Shown: in pieces, positions 9,410-18,442 of the stretch
Position numbering within the stretch: position 1 is the first letter of the stretch
Layout of the letters: every line of letters begins with the position of its first letter
Assembly (NCBI GenBank): GCA_964402285.1
Contig: CAYOAZ010000010.1
Coordinates: 8,357-72,356 of the forward strand
Length of the DNA: 64,000 nucleotides
Reading direction: 5' to 3'
DNA from: an uncultured Anaerolineae bacterium
GTDB taxonomy: Bacteria > Chloroflexota > Anaerolineae > JAADDB01
Notes under the pieces: model-generated
Databases searched by the model: none
What the model saw: the letters and a program-made list of their open reading frames with translations, nothing else
Told to the model about the DNA's origin: nothing
Made by a program: the position numbers and the translations under genes

Positions 9410-10201
9410 ATGGATCTGGGACTTCGCGGACGAGTGGCCTGTGTAGCTGCGGCTAGCAGCGGTCTGGGCAAAGCCTCTGCGTTAGAGTTGGCCCGCGAGG
9501 GGGCTCGCGTGGCCATCTGTGCTCGGCACGAGGAACGGCTCCTCGCTACGGCGCGGGAAATTCAAGAGACAACAGGGGCTGACGTGTTGCCTGTAGTCGC
9601 GGATGTCACGCGACCCGATGAGGTCCAGCGTTTTATTGCAGAAGCCGCGAATACATGGGGACGGGTGGATGTGCTGGTGACCAACGCGGGCGGACCTCCT
9701 GCAGGCACCTTTGAGGATTTCTCGGATGAAGATTGGGAGGCCGCTTTTCGGCTGAATTTCCTGAGCACACAGCGCCTTATTCAGGCTGCTTTGCCGTACA
9801 TGAAGACTCAGCGGTGGGGACGCATTATAACCATCACATCGGTATCTGCCAAGCAGGTTCTCCCGAACCTGATTTTGTCTAACGCGATTCGAGCAGGTGT
9901 CCATGGGCTGGTTAAATCGCTAGCCCAGGAGTTAGGACCGTATAACATTACCATTAACGCGGTCTGTCCCGGCCCTATTTTGACAGAGCGGTTGCAATCT
10001 CTGCTGGAGAACGCGGTTCGGACGCAAGGAATTACCATGGAAGAGGCGCAATCAGGATGGGTTGCCCAAATTCCGCTGGGGCGTTTAGGCGCTCCCCACG
10101 AGTTTGGGGCTGTGGTTGCCTTTCTTGCCTCAGAGAGGGCGAGTTTTGTCAACGGTGTCCTGTTGCAAGTAGATGGAGGGATGGTCAAAGGGTTGCTGTA
10201 A
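9410..10201 (+). CDS. SDR family oxidoreductase (FabG-like)
   Basis: AASSGLGKASA, LVTNAGGPP, SNAIRAG, ITINAVCPGPI, VDGG C-terminus. Confidence 0.92.
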   Translation: MDLGLRGRVACVAAASSGLGKASALELAREGARVAICARHEERLLATAREIQETTGADVLPVVADVTRPDEVQRFIAEAANTWGRVDVLVTNAGGPPAGTFEDFSDEDWEAAFRLNFLSTQRLIQAALPYMKTQRWGRIITITSVSAKQVLPNLILSNAIRAGVHGLVKSLAQELGPYNITINAVCPGPILTERLQSLLENAVRTQGITMEEAQSGWVAQIPLGRLGAPHEFGAVVAFLASERASFVNGVLLQVDGGMVKGLL

Positions 10202-10258
10202 GGTGTGATGAATGCTGGATTTTTGTACACCCTGTCGATGGGAGGATTGACCCGAACC

Positions 10259-11125
10259 ATGGATGAACCACGAAAGCGAGCATTGGATGTTCTACCTGTG
10301 TCTGCGTTTCGAGATGAGATTTCCGTGATGTTGGACCTGGCGTGGCAGGCCCGTGAGGTTGCTTTTCGCTACTACACTCCGGATATGCACGTGGATTACA
10401 AAGGGATAGACGATCCGGTGACGCAAGCGGATCGGGAGATTAACGAGTTGATTGTGTCCGGGTTGCGTCGGTTTTTCCCGGATGACGGTATTTTGTCAGA
10501 AGAAGCCCCGGATTCACCGGAAACGCGCTTGGGGAAGCGACGGCTGTGGTGTGTCGACCCCCTAGATGGCACACGGGAATACACAGAGCGGTTGCCTCAA
10601 TGGGCTGTTATGATAGGACTGGCAGTGGATGGCAGTGCCCTGGCCGGCGTGGTGTATTCTCCCCCTCGAGACCTTACTTTAATAGGCATTGTGGGGGAAG
10701 GGGCCTGGATGTGGGATGATGGGTGGCGTCCCTTACACGTTTCCCAGGTGCGGGATCCCCGTAGGGCCACGATGGCTGTAAGTCGTTCCCATCGAAGTCC
10801 TCACGTGGATGCTCTGGCCCGCGAGTTGGGCATCACCCGCGAGATTCCTCACGGGAGTGTAGGCATGAAGATCGCGCTCCTGGCATTGCAAGAAGCCGAC
10901 TTGTACGTACATCCCACAAAGGGGACAAAGGAGTGGGATTTGTGCGCGCCAGAGGCTGTCCTCGTGGGGGCAGGGGGCCGTATGACGGACATGTATGGAC
11001 GTCCTTTCCGCTATAATAAACCCAATCCTGCCAATCCCTATGGGCTTATTGCCTCAAATGGGTTCTTGCATGATGCTGCCGTTGAGGCAGTACGTAAGAT
11101 TATTGGGGCCACTGGAACCTCTTGA
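10259..11125 (+). CDS. cysQ: 3'(2'),5'-bisphosphate nucleotidase CysQ / inositol monophosphatase family
   Basis: PVTQAD, ILSEE, WCVDPLDGTREY, GSVGMKI, EWDLCAPEAVL. Start chosen after the ggagg RBS; the ORF-track start is 10205. Confidence 0.85.
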   Translation: MDEPRKRALDVLPVSAFRDEISVMLDLAWQAREVAFRYYTPDMHVDYKGIDDPVTQADREINELIVSGLRRFFPDDGILSEEAPDSPETRLGKRRLWCVDPLDGTREYTERLPQWAVMIGLAVDGSALAGVVYSPPRDLTLIGIVGEGAWMWDDGWRPLHVSQVRDPRRATMAVSRSHRSPHVDALARELGITREIPHGSVGMKIALLALQEADLYVHPTKGTKEWDLCAPEAVLVGAGGRMTDMYGRPFRYNKPNPANPYGLIASNGFLHDAAVEAVRKIIGATGTS

Positions 11126-11135
11126 GGATGAGGTG

Positions 11136-12137
11136 ATGAAACGCAAAATAGGACTTTCGCTCCTTTTTGGGTTTATGGTCATCCTGATTCTTTTGTTCCT
11201 CGCAGACGTGCGTAAGGTCGCGATGACACTGCGCACGTTCCAGTGGATATACGCGCCACTTATTATAGGATTCACGTTACTTAATTACGGTTTGCGATTT
11301 GTGAAGTGGCATTATTATGTTCGCCTTCTTCATATTCGTAATATTTCTGTCATTAACTCTGCTCGGGTGTACTTTTCTGCCTTTTTTATGGTTATGACCC
11401 CAGGGAAGTTGGGTGAGTTCTTCAAGGCATATCTCCTTAGCCGAATTACAGGTACTCCTGTTGCTGTGACGGCTCCCATGGTCGTGGCTGAACGCATTAC
11501 AGATGGGGTCTCCATGACTTTGTTAGCCATGTTGGGGCTCATTACGTATCCACAGGCCTCCCTGGGCGTGGGCCTTTCCTTTTTAGCCTTGGTAGCCTTT
11601 ATTGCCCTCATTCAGGTCCGACCGTTGGCGTTGCGCCTTTTGTCGTTTGGTGAACGGTTGCCTGGAGTGCGCGGGTTCTCCCATGCTTTTTACGAAGCGT
11701 ATCAGAGTGCATATCGTCTTTTCCGCTGGGACGCGCTTTTGGTGGCAACTGTGTTGGGCTTAATTTCCTGGGGAAGCGAGGGGGTAGCATTTTACCTGGT
11801 ATGGCGGGGGCTGGGCATTCCCGGCAGTTTGACATTGTTATCCCAGGCTGTTTTCATCATGGCGTTTGGTATTATTGTCGGCGCGGTATCGGCCCTACCG
11901 GGCGGAGTCGGCGCTGCAGAGAGCAGTATGGCCGGCCTATCGTTTCTCTTAATTGCCCATGAGGAGACTACAGCAATCGTTGGGACACTCTTGGGACGGA
12001 TTTTCACCCTGTGGTTTGGCGTGTTACTGGGGCTCTTCATTTTCACCTTGAACCGTCGGTGGTTATTGGGTGACGTGGGCATCGATGCCGCGGAGGTGTC
12101 ATTTGCCCAGCAGGCTGAAGAGGAAGGAAAACCATGA
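11136..12137 (+). CDS. Lysylphosphatidylglycerol synthase TM / UPF0104 flippase-like membrane protein
   Basis: RFVKWHYY, TPGKLGEFFKAYLL, VVAERITD, LPGGVGAAE, GRIFTLWF. Multiple TM helices. Confidence 0.85.
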   Translation: MKRKIGLSLLFGFMVILILLFLADVRKVAMTLRTFQWIYAPLIIGFTLLNYGLRFVKWHYYVRLLHIRNISVINSARVYFSAFFMVMTPGKLGEFFKAYLLSRITGTPVAVTAPMVVAERITDGVSMTLLAMLGLITYPQASLGVGLSFLALVAFIALIQVRPLALRLLSFGERLPGVRGFSHAFYEAYQSAYRLFRWDALLVATVLGLISWGSEGVAFYLVWRGLGIPGSLTLLSQAVFIMAFGIIVGAVSALPGGVGAAESSMAGLSFLLIAHEETTAIVGTLLGRIFTLWFGVLLGLFIFTLNRRWLLGDVGIDAAEVSFAQQAEEEGKP

Positions 12138-12820
12138 CGGAACTGTGGCGCGTGGAATTTCACTGTCACACGTGTTATTCCCCGGATAGCTTGGTGCGCC
12201 CTGCGGATCTGGTTCGACGTGCTCGGGCGTTGGGATTGAATAAAGTCGCGGTAACCGACCACAACACAATACGTGGCGCTCTGGCTGCGAAGGAAATCGA
12301 TCCTGATTTAATCATTGTGGGCGAGGAAGTCCTCACCACCGCGGGGGAATTCATCGCCTTTTTCGTGCGCGAGGAAGTTCCAAAGGGGCTACCCCCTGAA
12401 GAAGCCTTGGCCAGGCTCAAGGCCCAGGGGGCAGTTGTGGCCATTTCCCACCCCTTTGATGTGATGCGAGGCTCTGCGATGGGGGAAGAGAACACCCGAC
12501 GCTTTGTGACCGAGTTGGATGCGTTGGAGGTTTTCAACGCCCGCAACCATCGTCCGTGGATGAATGAGAAGGCAGAGGCCTTGGCTCAGGAGTACGGCCT
12601 TGGACGCTTTGGTGGCTCGGATGCGCACAGTTTGTGGGAATTGGGGCGAGTTGTGACGGTGCTGCCCCCATTTGAAGATGCGGAAAGTTTGCGTGTTGCT
12701 CTTCACAGCGCGCGCGTCGAGGGAATTTATAGTCCGGTATGGGTTCACGCGATAAGTACGGGGAGTAAGGTCATTAAACGAATGATTCGTTTGTTTGCTC
12801 CCAATTGGTGTAATGCTTGA
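12134..12820 (+). CDS. PHP-domain metallophosphoesterase
   Basis: EFHCHTCYSPDS, VTDHN, GEEV, HPF, EVFNAR, GGSDAH. Confidence 0.9.
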   Translation: MTELWRVEFHCHTCYSPDSLVRPADLVRRARALGLNKVAVTDHNTIRGALAAKEIDPDLIIVGEEVLTTAGEFIAFFVREEVPKGLPPEEALARLKAQGAVVAISHPFDVMRGSAMGEENTRRFVTELDALEVFNARNHRPWMNEKAEALAQEYGLGRFGGSDAHSLWELGRVVTVLPPFEDAESLRVALHSARVEGIYSPVWVHAISTGSKVIKRMIRLFAPNWCNA

Positions 12821-13066
12821 GGGCTTTCTTTAGGGCATATGGCGTTGGGCTGTTTATGGTTTGCTAGCGTTTTGTTGCCATGGGGGATTGTGGTCTAGGC
12901 CGCGGCCATTTGGCCCTCTGGCTTTTTTGATTATAATGGAAGTTGCTTGTAAGTAATTGTTGCAGTACCCAGGGTGCGAGAATTTATAATTCACACTAAC
13001 TCGGTGTAGAACGTCTGTACTTCCACGATAAGGGGGTGAGAACGGTCGAAACGCGAGGGGGGACGT

Positions 13067-13296
13067 AGCGCCTGGACTCTCCGCGTAGGGTGGCGTTTGC
13101 GCCTTGGAGACGCGGGGAGTTGACGAGGGTGGAGGTTCCTCACCGCAGGGTGGGGTTAACCCGGATGCCCGTCCGGGGAAAATCGAGAGATCGGCGGATG
13201 CCTCCCAGGGCGTGCCACCGCCCTGCCGTCCCCAAATGGTAAGTGCTCTGACAAAGCCCTCAGGTGACTGGGGGGACAAAACAGAGCACAGTGGCA
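13067..13296 (+). ncRNA. glmS ribozyme (GlcN6P-activated), variant with extra stems
   Basis: Cleavage segment AGCGCCTGGACT, 11-bp P1, GTTGACGAGG, P2 GGAGG/CCTCC and ATCGAGAGATCGGCGGATG are present. P3 is CAGGGCG/CGCCCTG with loop TGCCAC pairing with downstream GTGGCA (P3.1). P4 is GTGCTCTG/CAGAGCAC with a GTGA tetraloop. It lies 175 nt upstream of glmS. Confidence 0.95.
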
Positions 13297-13470
13297 GGTA
13301 CAACTTAAATCCACGCGTGTTGTGCTGGCCCCGCGCGTGCAAAGCACGACAGGGGAACGATAGGTTATTTCCAGGATGGGCTTTGGTTTTCCCTTATCTC
13401 CCTGGTTCGGGGGCCAGTGTGTCTTCATGCCACCACCTGCACTTTTCCTGGAAAGGGAGGAGGGTTATCT

Positions 13471-15321
13471 ATGTGCGGTATTGTCGGTTATGTCGGACCC
13501 CGGAACGCGGTGCCAATTATCTTAGATGGCTTGCAGCGTCTAGAATATCGCGGATATGACTCGGCCGGTCTGGCTGTCCTCTCTGATGACGGTCGGGTTC
13601 ACGTTTACAAGGAGGTGGGGAAGTTAGAGCGCCTGCGGGAGGTGGTGCAGTCTGCCTCGGTGCAGGGGCACACAGGCATTGGTCATACCCGTTGGGCTAC
13701 TCACGGGAAACCAAGTCGATATAATGCCCACCCGCATGCAGATCCGCATCACGATGTTATCGTAGTTCACAATGGTATTGTCGAAAATTACCTGGAATTG
13801 AAGATAGAACTCTCTGCTGAGAACGTTGTTTTTACCTCTGAGACGGACACGGAGGTTATTGTCCACCTTATTGATCGGGAAATTCACCGTGGCTTATCCT
13901 TTGAGGAGGCGGTACGGAGTGCGTTGTTGCGCCTGGAAGGGGCTAGCGCGGTAGTGGCGATGTCTCGCCATCATCCCCACACGTTAGTGGCCGCGCGCTT
14001 GGGAAATGCGGGGGCTGTTGTTGTTGGCCTGGGGGACGGGGAGGTGTATGTGGCTTCCGATATTCCGGCGATTTTACCCTACACGAGGCGCATGGTTTTC
14101 CTGGAAAACCGTGAAGTAGCGGTGGTGCACCCGGATGCTGTTCATTACTGGCACTTGGATACAGGTAAACCCCTATCCCCAAAAATCCACGTTATTCCCT
14201 GGAATCCCCTGGCGGCCGCGAAGGGGGAGTACAAGCATTTCATGCAAAAGGAGATTTTTGAACAGCCCCAAGCCATTACGGATACGTTACGCGGCCGCGT
14301 TGACTTCACCACCGGGCAGGTTACCCTGGAAGATTTGTCCATCACCCCTGAGGAGGCCGCGGCTATTCAACGCATTCACATTGTTGCCTGTGGCACTTCT
14401 TACTACGCAGGATTGGTGGGAAAGTTCTTGATAGAGAACATCGCTCGTATCCCTGTAGAAGTGGATTATGGTTCGGAATTTCGATATCGCGATCCCCTTT
14501 TGAGTTCCCAGGATGTCGTTTTGGCCATTACCCAATCCGGGGAAACCGTGGACACTCTGGCCGCGCTTGAGGAAGCTCGCCGTCAGGGCGTGCGTTCATG
14601 GGCCATTGTGAACGTGGTAGGCAGTCAAGCAGCCCGTATCAGTGACGGTGTTATTTACATGCAAGCCGGACCTGAAATAGGGGTCGCGTCCACGAAGGCG
14701 TTCACGGTCTCGGTCGTGGATCAGTACCTTCTGGCGTTGTACTTAGCGCAAGTGCGAGGTCTCCTTTCCTCTTCGATGGCTCTTGAACACGCGCGCGCGC
14801 TGGCGCAACTCCCGAAACTGGTTGGCGACACCCTGGCTGCGGTGGATACTGTTACGAAGGAACTGGCCCTCCGTTACTATAAGGCTCAGAATTTCCTCTA
14901 TTTAGGTCGCGGTATTCATTATCCAATTGCCCTGGAAGGGGCGTTGAAACTGAAAGAAATTTCGTACATTCACGCGGAAGGTTACCCTGCGGGCGAGATG
15001 AAGCACGGTCCCATCGCGTTAATCGATGAGAACATGCCGGTTGTCGCTTTGGTACCTCAGGATCACGTGTACGAGAAGATGTTAAGTCAGGTTGAACAGG
15101 TGAAAGCGCGAGGGGGACGGGTCATTGCCATCGCAAACGATGGCGATGCGCGCATAACCGAGAAGGCGGATGATGTGATTAGAGTTCCCAAGACGCTTTC
15201 ATTTTTGCAGCCCGTTCTCTCTGTAATTCCATGTCAGTTGTTCGCGTACCACGTAGCAGTACGCCGGGGCAATGACGTGGACCAGCCCCGGAACCTGGCT
15301 AAGTCCGTTACAGTGGAGTGA
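13471..15321 (+). CDS. glmS: Glutamine--fructose-6-phosphate aminotransferase
   Basis: MCGIVG N-terminus, LEYRGYDSAG, GHTRWATHG, VASTKAFT, ALKLKEISYIHAEG, QPRNLAKSVTVE. Confidence 0.99.
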   Translation: MCGIVGYVGPRNAVPIILDGLQRLEYRGYDSAGLAVLSDDGRVHVYKEVGKLERLREVVQSASVQGHTGIGHTRWATHGKPSRYNAHPHADPHHDVIVVHNGIVENYLELKIELSAENVVFTSETDTEVIVHLIDREIHRGLSFEEAVRSALLRLEGASAVVAMSRHHPHTLVAARLGNAGAVVVGLGDGEVYVASDIPAILPYTRRMVFLENREVAVVHPDAVHYWHLDTGKPLSPKIHVIPWNPLAAAKGEYKHFMQKEIFEQPQAITDTLRGRVDFTTGQVTLEDLSITPEEAAAIQRIHIVACGTSYYAGLVGKFLIENIARIPVEVDYGSEFRYRDPLLSSQDVVLAITQSGETVDTLAALEEARRQGVRSWAIVNVVGSQAARISDGVIYMQAGPEIGVASTKAFTVSVVDQYLLALYLAQVRGLLSSSMALEHARALAQLPKLVGDTLAAVDTVTKELALRYYKAQNFLYLGRGIHYPIALEGALKLKEISYIHAEGYPAGEMKHGPIALIDENMPVVALVPQDHVYEKMLSQVEQVKARGGRVIAIANDGDARITEKADDVIRVPKTLSFLQPVLSVIPCQLFAYHVAVRRGNDVDQPRNLAKSVTVE

Positions 15322-15339
15322 AGCGCTTTTTCGCGTCGG

Positions 15340-16281
15340 TTACGTAGCCCGGGGAACCGGTACGGTTGCCAGGATTTCTTCAATCACATCCTGGGCCTGC
15401 ACATCGCGCACCCGTGCTTCTGGGGTGAGAATAATGCGGTGGGCAAGGACGACGCGCGCGAGGGCTTTGATGTCATCCGGGAGTATGTACTCTCTGCCCT
15501 CCATGGCGGCCAATGCACGCGCTCCCTTGAACAGAAAAAGACTTCCTCGCGGACTGGCGCCCAGGTAAATGTCGGGGTGTTTGCGTGTAGCCGATACGAT
15601 ATCTACAATGTATCCTTTAAGGGCGTCATCCACGTAAACCTGTTTGATGGTTTGCTGAGCGGCAAGGAGTTCTTCCACCGAAATCACCTGACGTACGTCC
15701 TCGATAGGATGGTGATCCCGCTGCGTGTCGAGCATGGCGATTTCGTCCTCGCGCGTTGGATATCCCAGATGGACGCGTAGCATAAACCGGTCCACTTGCG
15801 CTTCGGGCAAGGGGAAAGTGCCTTCGTACTCTATGGGGTTCTGTGTTGCCAGGACGAGGAATGGCCTAGGCATGGCGTATGTGATACCGTCTACTGTAAT
15901 CTGACGTTCTTCCATGGCCTCTAAAAGCGCTGCCTGGGTTTTAGGCGGGGCTCGGTTGACCTCATCGGCCAGGACGATTTGTGAGAGTATGGGGCCAGGG
16001 CGGAATTCAAACTCCTGAGTTTTTTGGTTAAAGATGGATACCCCCGTCACGTCACTGGGTAACATGTCCGGAGTAAATTGAATGCGTCGGAATTCGCAGC
16101 CGATGGAGGAGGCCAGCGCCCGCGCCAACATGGTTTTCCCAACGCCAGGCACATCCTCGATGAGCACATGGCCTTCACACAGAAGGGCTACTATGATGTG
16201 GCGAATGGTTTCCCGTTTTCCCAGGATAACACGCTCCACGTTGGCGATGAGACGCTGTGTGAGTTGTTGAACTGTGTCCAT
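15340..16281 (-). CDS. moxR: MoxR-family AAA+ ATPase
   Basis: [71 protein letters not shown]. Confidence 0.95.
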   Translation of the reverse strand: MDTVQQLTQRLIANVERVILGKRETIRHIIVALLCEGHVLIEDVPGVGKTMLARALASSIGCEFRRIQFTPDMLPSDVTGVSIFNQKTQEFEFRPGPILSQIVLADEVNRAPPKTQAALLEAMEERQITVDGITYAMPRPFLVLATQNPIEYEGTFPLPEAQVDRFMLRVHLGYPTREDEIAMLDTQRDHHPIEDVRQVISVEELLAAQQTIKQVYVDDALKGYIVDIVSATRKHPDIYLGASPRGSLFLFKGARALAAMEGREYILPDDIKALARVVLAHRIILTPEARVRDVQAQDVIEEILATVPVPRAT

Positions 16282-16319
16282 GGGTAGTTAGGCCTCCAAT
16301 CCTTGGAGTGCAATATGAT

Positions 16320-16348
16320 TTAGCGAGAACCGTTTGCTGGATTATAAT
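16320..16348 (+). promoter_or_regulatory. Candidate sigma70 promoter for the ECF sigma gene
   Basis: TTAGCG-N17-TATAAT, 24 nt before the ATG at 16373. Confidence 0.5.
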
Positions 16349-16372
16349 CCAAAATGGAGGAAGGAGCGTGAT

Positions 16373-17020
16373 ATGACACCGCGACGGACGCGCGACACGG
16401 AAGACGAAGAACTGCTAAGGCGTATTGCCGAAGGGGACGAGGATGCCCTGTTGCGCTTATACGATAAGTACGGGCGCCTGGTGTACTCTTTGGCCTATCG
16501 TGTGCTCCAGGATCACCAGTTGGCCGAAGAAGTGACCCAGGATGTGTTTACGCGCGTCTGGCAATCGGCTCGGTCCTTTGATCCCCGCAAATCGCGGTTC
16601 ACCACGTGGTTGACCTCTATTACGCGGAACCGCGCTATCGATGTTCTTCGTCGCCGCAGAGTGCGAGGGTTAACCGGTGCCGGAGAGGCTGAATTGAACA
16701 CAGCCATTACACGTGCTGATGAGCGCTTTTCCCCTGAACATCACCTTCAGACGTTGGCGGTGCGGGAAGCATTGCGTCAGCTTCCTCCTGCTCAACGTGA
16801 GGTGTTGGAGTTGGCTTACTTTGGTGGAATGACCCAACGGGAGATTGCAGAGCATTTGCACATTCCGCTGGGTACTGTGAAAACCCGCATGCGACTTGGC
16901 TTAATTAAGCTTCGGGATTTGCTGGAAGTCTCTGGCAATGGACGCACCAAATCCTCTTCTGTTCAGGGCCAGCAGAAATCGGGCTCTCTGACTTCAGAAA
17001 AAACCTCATCGACTTCGTAG
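16373..17020 (+). CDS. ECF RNA polymerase sigma factor (SigK-like)
   Basis: DEDALLRLYDKY, LAEEVTQDVF, FTTWLTSITRNRAIDVLRR, LELAYFGGMTQREIA...LGTVKTRMRLGL. Confidence 0.93.
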   Translation: MTPRRTRDTEDEELLRRIAEGDEDALLRLYDKYGRLVYSLAYRVLQDHQLAEEVTQDVFTRVWQSARSFDPRKSRFTTWLTSITRNRAIDVLRRRRVRGLTGAGEAELNTAITRADERFSPEHHLQTLAVREALRQLPPAQREVLELAYFGGMTQREIAEHLHIPLGTVKTRMRLGLIKLRDLLEVSGNGRTKSSSVQGQQKSGSLTSEKTSSTS

Positions 17021-18442
17021 GGCAAAGAATTCCCACGTGAGCCGCGAGATATCCTCAAATGTGGGGTTGGAGATATCCCACACAAGCCACTGGTTCGGGG
17101 TGCACAAAAATAGACTAATCACGTATGGACCTTGGGGGCCCCACACAAGCGCTACATCACCGTGGGTGTCTGGTGCGTATCCGTGTTTGTGAACGTAGCG
17201 GGTGCCCACGGGTAATCCGCCGGGCAGAAGAGCATCTCGTACGGGGTTCTGGGCTAGAATTCCTAACAGGTCCCGGCACTTGGGTGCAGAGAAACGGTCT
17301 GGGTACGCGGCCAGAAGTGTCCCCTTACCCTCGGCGCAGCGTTCTATCATGCCCAGAACCATGCCAATTTCCTCGGGGGTGGTTTGAACAAGTGGGTCGG
17401 GGTAGGTGTTCACATACGGGTGGGTATTGGCGGGCGTGCGAACGTGTTCCGGCGGTGGGTGTCGCCAGTCATAAGGTGCAATGATGAAACTGTTCTTCAT
17501 ACCCAGCGAACGCAGGAGTGCGGTTACTTCTCGAGATCCTCGGACGGGATCGCCATTTCCCAGGAAGGAGAGTAGACGATTGGCCGTGTAGTTCCCCGCG
17601 CCTGTTGTGCTGGTTACTGTTTCGGTCATCCAGGCTCTGAGTTCGCCCTGGGGGATTCCGTCTACTTTACCGTAGACGGCCAGCAAAATCGGGATTTTCA
17701 TGGTGCTCATGCCGGAAAAGGCACTGTCGGATCCGTGGATGTTTACCTCTTCGCCCGTGTCTAACAGCCGGACAAACACTCCTCCAAATCCGGGAAATGC
17801 TTCCAGTCGTGCGTTCAACATGCGCTTTAATTCTTTCATGTCGGGGGGCGGTGGGGGCAACGTGTCGATGACCAGGTGGGTCTGGCGGTCGTTTCCGATG
17901 TGTTTTAAGGCTGCGATAACTTTGGGTGCGGATGCGCTTTTGTCCAGGCGTAATCCTGGCGTTGCCGGCTGCCATGTAAAACTCTCTGTCCGGGCGCGAA
18001 CAGGTTGTGGGGGCCTGTCATAACGCTGGGCAACAGAGGTTAACCACTGGTCCAGACGCTGTGGATCCCATTCCAACACCAGTGGGACATCGTGGGTGGG
18101 CAGCGGGCGATTCAGCAGGGTGAGCAAAAAGGTTTTGATTCGGTAAACACGGTTGCCAATAGCCCGTGCTTGACCGATCATTACGCGCGTTTTAATCCGA
18201 ACGCCTATGTCTTGGGGACGTAATATGAGTCGATGTTCCTGGTAGTAAACCGCTACAGGCGCGGCAAAGAGGGCGTTCAACTGACGGTCAATTTCTGCTG
18301 GAGTACGTCCGTTAATGGCTTGTCCGGCCAGGGTGACTCCCGGCGGAATAATACCTAGGCTTTGTTCCCAGGCGCGATAACGCATGAACAGGGGCGTGGC
18401 CAGGAGAATGAGTACCGCGAGCGTGAAGATACGTCGGCTCAT
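17006..18442 (-). CDS. Membrane-anchored serine hydrolase: PG-binding (YoaR-like) domain plus class A beta-lactamase-like domain
   Basis: N-terminal TM, GVTLAGQAING region, SGMSTMK (SxxK), GNYTAN, VHKHG. The ATG overlaps the ftsK stop (ATGA). Confidence 0.8.
   Translation of the reverse strand: MSRRIFTLAVLILLATPLFMRYRAWEQSLGIIPPGVTLAGQAINGRTPAEIDRQLNALFAAPVAVYYQEHRLILRPQDIGVRIKTRVMIGQARAIGNRVYRIKTFLLTLLNRPLPTHDVPLVLEWDPQRLDQWLTSVAQRYDRPPQPVRARTESFTWQPATPGLRLDKSASAPKVIAALKHIGNDRQTHLVIDTLPPPPPDMKELKRMLNARLEAFPGFGGVFVRLLDTGEEVNIHGSDSAFSGMSTMKIPILLAVYGKVDGIPQGELRAWMTETVTSTTGAGNYTANRLLSFLGNGDPVRGSREVTALLRSLGMKNSFIIAPYDWRHPPPEHVRTPANTHPYVNTYPDPLVQTTPEEIGMVLGMIERCAEGKGTLLAAYPDRFSAPKCRDLLGILAQNPVRDALLPGGLPVGTRYVHKHGYAPDTHGDVALVWGPQGPYVISLFLCTPNQWLVWDISNPTFEDISRLTWEFFALRSR

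Noticed and set aside
8925-9456. Short ORFs of 66-99 aa around the SRP locus
   Set aside because: They overlap the SRP RNA and its promoter, and have no protein motifs or RBS.
12854-13559. ORFs of 90-162 aa upstream of glmS
   Set aside because: They are explained by the GC-rich glmS ribozyme and leader; no coding features.
17006-18442. Antibiotic-resistance beta-lactamase
   Set aside because: The membrane anchor, PG-binding domain and operon context fit a cell-wall serine hydrolase; there is no evidence of resistance or mobility.
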